This document shows, piece after piece, positions 58,737 through 64,000 of a stretch of 64,000 nucleotides of DNA. The DNA is taken from assembly GCA_963772365.1 (NCBI GenBank), contig CAVYXA010000003.1, positions 256,001 to 320,000 on the forward strand, in the 5' to 3' direction. This DNA is from an uncultured Verrucomicrobiae bacterium (GTDB lineage: Bacteria; Verrucomicrobiota; Verrucomicrobiia; Chthoniobacterales; UBA10450). Both the position numbers and the translations under genes were made by a program. The notes below the pieces were generated by a model. It worked only from the letters and a program-made list of their open reading frames with translations, ran no database searches and was not told where the DNA came from. Positions within the stretch are counted from its first letter, which is position 1. Each line of letters opens with the position of its first letter.

Positions 58737-58901
58737 ATGAATCGCGGTGAGGTGAAGTTGTTGCCAACAGTCACACCCGATTTTTGCCGTCTCGCACGAA
58801 TCGGAACGTGGCTTGCTTTGTGCGCGCTGCTCGCAATCGCCGGGTGCAAAAGATCCCAGATTGTCGATGAAGCGTATTTCGGATCTGCCGCCAATTTGTG
58901 A
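58737..58901 (+). CDS. Small putative lipoprotein (54 aa; absent from the ORF track)
   Basis: MNRGEVKLLPTVTPDFCRLARIGTWLALCALLAIAG-CKRSQIVDEAYFGSAANL*; hydrophobic stretch ending in the lipobox IAG|C. Confidence 0.45.
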   Translation: MNRGEVKLLPTVTPDFCRLARIGTWLALCALLAIAGCKRSQIVDEAYFGSAANL

Positions 58902-59120
58902 CGGTTCGCGGCGGAGGATATTTCTTCCTGCCAAGTTTGCGCGCGCTGCGTTACTTCGCCCGGTCTTAAGGGTGCCTTTCGTGAAGCGTCGATTGTCCCA
59001 CCGACAACGCCTGCCGAGTGTCGTGCTGAAATTTACAAACAAAAAGCGTGACATTGGCAAATCCGCTTTTGTAATCTCGACGTCACGGAATCCGTTCCGG
59101 ATCCCTCAACCATCTTATTT

Positions 59121-61349
59121 ATGAAAAGAAAATCCGCCAAGCGATCAGCATTCTTTAATGTTCGGGCCCTGTTGGGCATTCTGTTGTGCGTTGCCGGCCT
59201 AACCATTGGCCTTGTGGCGTTCAATAAACTCTCGGCGCAATCGCCACGATCCTGGAATCCGCAAGTGACCAGTCAGGCGCAGTACCGCGGCGTGTTGCGG
59301 ATTGTAAAATTCGACGTTTCACCTCCCTTGCGCAACATCGCACCGATTCCTCCGCACGCGGGTAGTTTGCGGGACAACGAAGAGCGCGATGTAATTCCGC
59401 GCGGTCTCAGCAGCCTGTTTCAACACGACCCAGTTGTTCAGGCGATTAAAGGGAGAATCTCGATTCCTGCTCCGATTATCAGCTTTAATGGTCCGACTAA
59501 CCTCTCAGGCGTTTATCCTCCGGACCCGAATGGAGCCGTTGGTCCCAATCATGTTGTGGTCATGTCGAACTTGTATTTCCAAGTGTTCAACAAGAGCGGC
59601 GGCTCGGTCTATGGTCCCGCCGCGAACAACACGCTCTGGGCCGGCTTTGGCGGCGCTTGTCAGACGCAAAATTCGGGCGATCCGGTTGTTGTTTACGATC
59701 AATTAGCTGATCGCTGGTTGCTTACCCAATTTACCGGCTCGCCTCCGTACTTGGAATGTGTAGCACTTTCCCAGACGTCCGACCCAGCGGGTGCGTATTA
59801 TCGCTGGGCGATCTCGACAGGAAATAATTTCCCTGATTACCCTAAAGCGGCTATGTGGCCAGATGCGTATTACTTTAGTACGCGCGAATTTCTGAATGGA
59901 GGCGCTTTTGTCGGTATAGGCGCGTACGCTCTGAACCGGGCGCAGGCTCTGGCGGGCGATCCCAACGCCCAGGTAATCTCGTTTTTGGCTCCTCCGACAC
60001 CGGCTTATAATGTCGGTGATGGCTTGCTGCCGGCCGACCTCGATGGTTTTACACTACCGCCGTCTGGCAGCCCCGAATTTTATATCGGCTCGATGGACAA
60101 TAATGGCGGATATGGCGCGCCTCAGGATGCGCTGACTGTCTGGAAGTTTGTGGCGGACTTCGCGAATGCGCCGATGTCCAGTTTTACTCTGACAAACACA
60201 ATTCCGACAGCGCCGTTCAATTCGATCCTGGCTCTCTGCGGAGCGGGCCGCAATTGCATCCCACAGCCAAACACCACCGTTCGGCTCGACCACCAGGGTT
60301 ATCGGCAACGACCGCTGTTTCGCGCCGCTTACCGAAACTTCGGCGGCCACGAATCCATCGTAACCAATCAATCCGTCTCGGCGGGTACTGGTCCCAATGG
60401 AGAAGTATCGGGTATTCGATGGTGGGAACTACGCAGTCCAAATAGTAGCCCGACTATTTTTCAGGAGGGAACGTATGCGCCCGGGCTGACGGATGGGATT
60501 CATCGGTGGTTTGGGAGCGTGGCAATGAATGCAGCCGGAGATATGGCACTCGGTTATAGCGCTTCAAACAACACAAATCCGGCGGTGTTTCCGAGCGTGT
60601 ATTACACAGGGCGCCTTGCCAGCGATCCACTCGGACAAATGACACTGGGCGAGGGAGTCATTGTTAATGGAACGGGTTCGCAGACAGGGACGGCCAGCCG
60701 CTGGGGAGATTACACGTCCATGGTTGTCGATCCTGTTGATGATAGTACTTTTTGGTACATCAATGAGTGGGTTCCCACGACCAGTGCTGTGGGATGGGTA
60801 ACACGCGTTGGCGCATTTCAATTTGCACCGAGCGTACTCAGCGCAGTATCGCGCAAAACGCATACGGGAGTAGGAGACTTCGACATTGCGCTGCCGCTTA
60901 CCGGCACACCGGGAATCGAATGCCGCACTGGCGGAGCGACGAACGACTACACGATGGTCGTGACCTTTTCCGGTAACGTGAGTATCACGGGCAGTCCGCA
61001 GGCGGAAGTCACAGTGGGCGCCGGCTGCGTGGGGAGTGGCGGCGCGTGCAATGGTGGAATGGTAACCGTTAGCGGGGCGGTAGTAACCATCCCACTGACC
61101 AACGTTGCCGATGATCAGACAATCAACGTGCGGCTCAACGGAGTGAACGGAGGCGCCAATGTAACCATCCCAATGTCGAGGATCGCGGGCGACACGAATG
61201 GCAATGGAGCTGTCACGAGCTCGGATGTTGCTCAAACAAAGGGACGCATTGGGCAACCGGTGGATACGACCAATTTCCGTTCGGACGTGAACGCCAGCGG
61301 CGGGATCAATTCGACTGACGTCACCGTCGTTAAACAGAATCTGCCTTAA
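59121..61349 (+). CDS. Secreted protein of unknown activity with C-terminal X-module + dockerin-like domain
   Basis: Leader; PPDPNGAVGPNH, GDPVVVYDQLADRW, DYPK, RWGDY motifs; shared C-terminal module. Confidence 0.85.
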   Translation: MKRKSAKRSAFFNVRALLGILLCVAGLTIGLVAFNKLSAQSPRSWNPQVTSQAQYRGVLRIVKFDVSPPLRNIAPIPPHAGSLRDNEERDVIPRGLSSLFQHDPVVQAIKGRISIPAPIISFNGPTNLSGVYPPDPNGAVGPNHVVVMSNLYFQVFNKSGGSVYGPAANNTLWAGFGGACQTQNSGDPVVVYDQLADRWLLTQFTGSPPYLECVALSQTSDPAGAYYRWAISTGNNFPDYPKAAMWPDAYYFSTREFLNGGAFVGIGAYALNRAQALAGDPNAQVISFLAPPTPAYNVGDGLLPADLDGFTLPPSGSPEFYIGSMDNNGGYGAPQDALTVWKFVADFANAPMSSFTLTNTIPTAPFNSILALCGAGRNCIPQPNTTVRLDHQGYRQRPLFRAAYRNFGGHESIVTNQSVSAGTGPNGEVSGIRWWELRSPNSSPTIFQEGTYAPGLTDGIHRWFGSVAMNAAGDMALGYSASNNTNPAVFPSVYYTGRLASDPLGQMTLGEGVIVNGTGSQTGTASRWGDYTSMVVDPVDDSTFWYINEWVPTTSAVGWVTRVGAFQFAPSVLSAVSRKTHTGVGDFDIALPLTGTPGIECRTGGATNDYTMVVTFSGNVSITGSPQAEVTVGAGCVGSGGACNGGMVTVSGAVVTIPLTNVADDQTINVRLNGVNGGANVTIPMSRIAGDTNGNGAVTSSDVAQTKGRIGQPVDTTNFRSDVNASGGINSTDVTVVKQNLP

Positions 61350-61369
61350 CCTAATCGAGAACCGAGAAG

Positions 61370-61412
61370 TCATGGCGGACAGACGAACAATCTGTCCGCC
61401 ATGAACTTTTTT
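61370..61412 (+). terminator. Rho-independent terminator
   Basis: Perfect 14-bp stem TCATGGCGGACAGA / TCTGTCCGCCATGA followed by ACTTTTTT, 20 nt after the stop codon. Confidence 0.8.
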
Positions 61413-61460
61413 CGCCGGGAAGAGCTTGTTTCAAAAGTGTGCCGGAATAAGTTTCAAGCC

Positions 61461-61703
61461 GTGAAAGCAAAAGTGATCGTCATGCCAAAGGCTGCCGTCC
61501 TCGACCCGCAGGGAAATGCCGTACGTGATGCGATGCGCCATTTGGGCATGCCGGAAGTGCGTAGCGTTCGAATTGGCAAGTACATGGAGATCGAAACGGA
61601 TGGCGAAGATGGCGATCTTGAGAAACGATTGCACGGGCTCTGCCGCGATTTGCTGTCGAATCCGGTGATCGAAGATTACGAACTGCGTAAGAGCGAATCG
61701 TAA
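61461..61703 (+). CDS. purS: Phosphoribosylformylglycinamidine synthase subunit PurS (GTG start 61461)
   Basis: VLDPQG, VRIGKY, LLSNPVIEDY. Confidence 0.95.
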   Translation: MKAKVIVMPKAAVLDPQGNAVRDAMRHLGMPEVRSVRIGKYMEIETDGEDGDLEKRLHGLCRDLLSNPVIEDYELRKSES

Positions 61704-61789
61704 AACAGGCCATCTTGCCTGACGATGCGTCTCAAGGATCGACAGTGCGGACATTGGCCTTCTGCCGAGGGCTGGATTAAAGATAGGAG

Positions 61790-62524
61790 ATGAAGTTCGC
61801 CGTTATTCAATTTCCAGGATCCAATTGCGACCAAGACTGCATCGCGGCCATTAACGGCATCGACGGTTTGCAAGCCGAATACGTCTGGCACAAGGAAGAG
61901 TCACTTAAAGGCTTTGATGCAGTTGTGATTCCGGGCGGATTTTCCTACGGCGATTATCTTCGCTGCGGCGCAATCGCCCGATTTTCACCAATCATGAAAG
62001 CTGTGATCAGCGATGCGCGAGCCGGAAAACTTATCCTGGGCACTTGCAATGGCTTCCAAATTCTTTGCGAAGCGGGCCTTTTACCCGGTGCGCTAGTCCG
62101 AAATCGTTCCTTGCGCTTTATTTGTGAAATAGTGACCACGCGTGTCGAAGTTCCGGATTCGCCGTTCACTCATGGCTGCCCGGAGGGATCGCTATTGAGA
62201 TTGCCGCTCGCCCACGGCGAAGGGTGCTTCTTTGCCGATCGACAAACGCTTGAGGAGCTGAATTTGAACCGGCAAGTGATCTTGCGCTACGCCGATAAAC
62301 AGAGGTGCATCGTCCCAGAAGCGAATCCAAACGGTTCGATCGAAAATATCGCCGGGATTTGTAATCGTGAGAAGAACGTGTTCGGGCTGATGCCTCACCC
62401 TGATCGAGCGTCGGACGCACGCCTTGGCAGTGCAGACGGCGCGAAAATTTTTCGGTCGATGATGCAAACGATAGCGGCGAACCAAAATAACGCCGCTGGC
62501 GACTTGGCTCAGCGGGTTGCCTGA
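61790..62524 (+). CDS. purQ: Phosphoribosylformylglycinamidine synthase subunit PurQ
   Basis: FPGSNCD, PGGFSYGDYLR, GTCNGFQIL, NPNGS, GLMPHP. Confidence 0.96.
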   Translation: MKFAVIQFPGSNCDQDCIAAINGIDGLQAEYVWHKEESLKGFDAVVIPGGFSYGDYLRCGAIARFSPIMKAVISDARAGKLILGTCNGFQILCEAGLLPGALVRNRSLRFICEIVTTRVEVPDSPFTHGCPEGSLLRLPLAHGEGCFFADRQTLEELNLNRQVILRYADKQRCIVPEANPNGSIENIAGICNREKNVFGLMPHPDRASDARLGSADGAKIFRSMMQTIAANQNNAAGDLAQRVA

Positions 62525-62548
62525 GTCTTTTCACGAAGAAGACGAAAC

Positions 62549-62611
62549 TTGTCGATGGTGCGACAATTCGTCATGTCGGCAAGCCAGACAGGAGTGTAGC
62601 GGAAATGTACA
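62549..62611. promoter_or_regulatory. Three tandem TGT-N10/11-ACA enhancer-like sites
   Basis: TTGTCGatggtgCGACAA (62549-62566), TGTcggcaagccagACA (62574-62590), TGTagcggaaatgtACA (62595-62611). Confidence 0.55.
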
Positions 62612-62654
62612 CAAAATCGGCCCAGGTTTGGTGCTTCCTTAGGGAAAAATCGGT

Positions 62655-62670
62655 TGGTACCGGCATTGCT
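62655..62670 (+). promoter_or_regulatory. Sigma-54 (-24/-12) promoter
   Basis: TGGTAC-CGGCA-TTGCT versus consensus TGGCAC-N5-TTGCW. Confidence 0.7.
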
Positions 62671-62698
62671 TGGAAAGGTCGATCAAAACCCTACGCTT

Positions 62699-63175
62699 AT
62701 GTTGTTACAAAAAACCTTGCACATGAATGAACCGTTGGCGGAATGCCGGGCGCGATTGGCCAGTATCCAATCTTACAGGCGCCAATTCCTGATGATCACC
62801 AAGGCCACACTGACCTCGTCGAAAACAATAGACTTTAGTTTTCGCGGGCCATTTGGTTTCAAAGCGAACACTGTGCTCCTGGCAGCGGAGAGCGAGTCGC
62901 CGGAAGAGTTCGCGTTTGAATCGGTGGGAGGAAACATCGAGATGATGGGGCTGATCGATTTCACCGAGATTCGGCCCAACTGCACCGAGGTGACGCTGGC
63001 TCTTCACTACGAGATCAAGAATAAATTGTTCGCCTGGCTCGATCGGCATCTTCATTTTATGGATGCGTTCGTCACGGGAGAGCTGCGCAGCATTCGCGCG
63101 CACTTTGAACGAACCGTTGCACCTCACCGTGAGTATGTCCCGGCATTCCCAGTCTGGGAAACTGCTGCGGCGTAA
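62699..63175 (+). CDS. SRPBCC/START-like (polyketide cyclase-like) protein; probable start ATG 62699
   Basis: FAFESVGGNIEMMGLIDF...TEVTLALHYE plus C-terminal helix; the ORF-track TTG start lies inside the sigma-54 promoter. Confidence 0.65.
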   Translation: MLLQKTLHMNEPLAECRARLASIQSYRRQFLMITKATLTSSKTIDFSFRGPFGFKANTVLLAAESESPEEFAFESVGGNIEMMGLIDFTEIRPNCTEVTLALHYEIKNKLFAWLDRHLHFMDAFVTGELRSIRAHFERTVAPHREYVPAFPVWETAAA

Positions 63176-63234
63176 GATCGACAATTCTTCAATTCCGACG
63201 CACGGGTCTTGCAACGGCCCGTGCGTCTTTACTT

Positions 63235-63999
63235 TTATCCCATCCGAACAGCGTGCGTTTTATCGAGGCGCAAGATTTGCCCCGAACGCAACCGAATTTT
63301 CTCCTTTGGATCGACAATTTTTTTTCCGTCAAGCTGCACGCTCCCTTGCTTGATCAAGCGGCTCGCTTCCGCGCGAGACTTATTGATTTGGAAGCATTCT
63401 GAGTAAGCAGCGACGGTGATTCCAACAAGATCGTCGAAGGTCGCGGGAAGCGATGAAAATATTGGCAGGTCTGCTTCGGCAAGACGCTTTTCGCCAAATC
63501 GTGTATTCCAATCCTCCCGCGTCTGCTTTGCGACTTCAGGGGAATGAAAGGTTTGCACAATTTCGAAAGCGAGTTGCTTCTTAGCCTCGACGGGATGCGA
63601 ATCTTTCGGTAGTTCCCGGCCGAGCAGCAATGAATAATATCGCGACATCAAATCGTCCGAGATGCTCATCAGTTTACCAAACATGTCGGTAGCCGGCTCC
63701 GTGACACCGACGAAATTGCCCAGGCTTTTGCTCATTTTTTTCGACCCATCCAGACCTTCCAAGATTGGCAACAGAAACACGACCTGCTGCGGCATTCCTT
63801 CTTCCTTTTGAAAATCGCGGCCGACCAAAATGTTAAATAGCTGGTCGGTCCCGCCTAATTCAACATCGGCCTTCACCATCACCGAATCCCAACCTTGCAT
63901 GATCGGGTATTGCAACTCATGGGCATGGATTGCCTGCTGGTTGTCGATCCTGGCACGGAAATCTTCTCTCTGAAGCATCTGCTGAAGTGTGACGCGGCT
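63235..63999 (-). CDS. tyrS: Tyrosine--tRNA ligase, C-terminal part (5' end outside window)
   Basis: YPIMQGWD, ELGGTDQLFN, KMSKS, C-terminal S4 domain. Confidence 0.96.
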   Translation of the reverse strand, partial: SRVTLQQMLQREDFRARIDNQQAIHAHELQYPIMQGWDSVMVKADVELGGTDQLFNILVGRDFQKEEGMPQQVVFLLPILEGLDGSKKMSKSLGNFVGVTEPATDMFGKLMSISDDLMSRYYSLLLGRELPKDSHPVEAKKQLAFEIVQTFHSPEVAKQTREDWNTRFGEKRLAEADLPIFSSLPATFDDLVGITVAAYSECFQINKSRAEASRLIKQGSVQLDGKKIVDPKEKIRLRSGQILRLDKTHAVRMG

Positions 64000-64000
64000 G

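Noticed and set aside
61461..62524. purS-purQ without purL as an anomaly
   Set aside because: Split pur operons are common; purL is probably elsewhere in the genome
1..64000. CRISPR array, rRNA, integrase or transposase genes
   Set aside because: No regularly spaced direct repeats, rRNA-like tracts or recombinase motifs were seen

Overview
This is a 64-kb bacterial chromosomal window. Gene content, a perfect TGTTC-N4-GAACA LexA box and the repeat families point to Verrucomicrobia, probably Chthoniobacterales/Ca. Udaeobacter-like (inference). Housekeeping genes include tRNA-Asp, gnd, moaE, pgsA, comEC, trmB, priA, purS, purQ and a partial tyrS. The window also holds a Wza/Wzc polysaccharide export locus, a glycosyl-/methyl-transferase cluster and an ECF sigma/anti-sigma module. 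Main observations: (1) Five unrelated secreted proteins (M14 carboxypeptidase, BNR/sialidase-like, astacin M12A, trypsin-like, and one unknown) all end in the same ~170-aa module: an unnamed 'SRKxHG...GxECR' domain plus a type-I-dockerin-like repeat. Two of them also share an unusual prepilin-like leader, so this is a candidate lineage-specific surface enzyme display system. (2) A LexA-controlled minimal mutasome (N-terminally shortened ImuB plus DnaE2, no imuA) has coding sequences invaded in-frame by several palindromic repeat families. (3) An integrase-free accessory island between dnaE2 and gnd (SIR2-like, HEPN-like, ORF6N) contains a synonymously diverged second copy of the gnd 3' end, a footprint of allele replacement. 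(4) The ORF track misses two small genes, and there is a sigma-54 promoter with three enhancer-like sites. At least six genes are broken by single-base insertions, probably sequencing or assembly errors. All calls come from reading the sequence and recalled family motifs; no searches were run.
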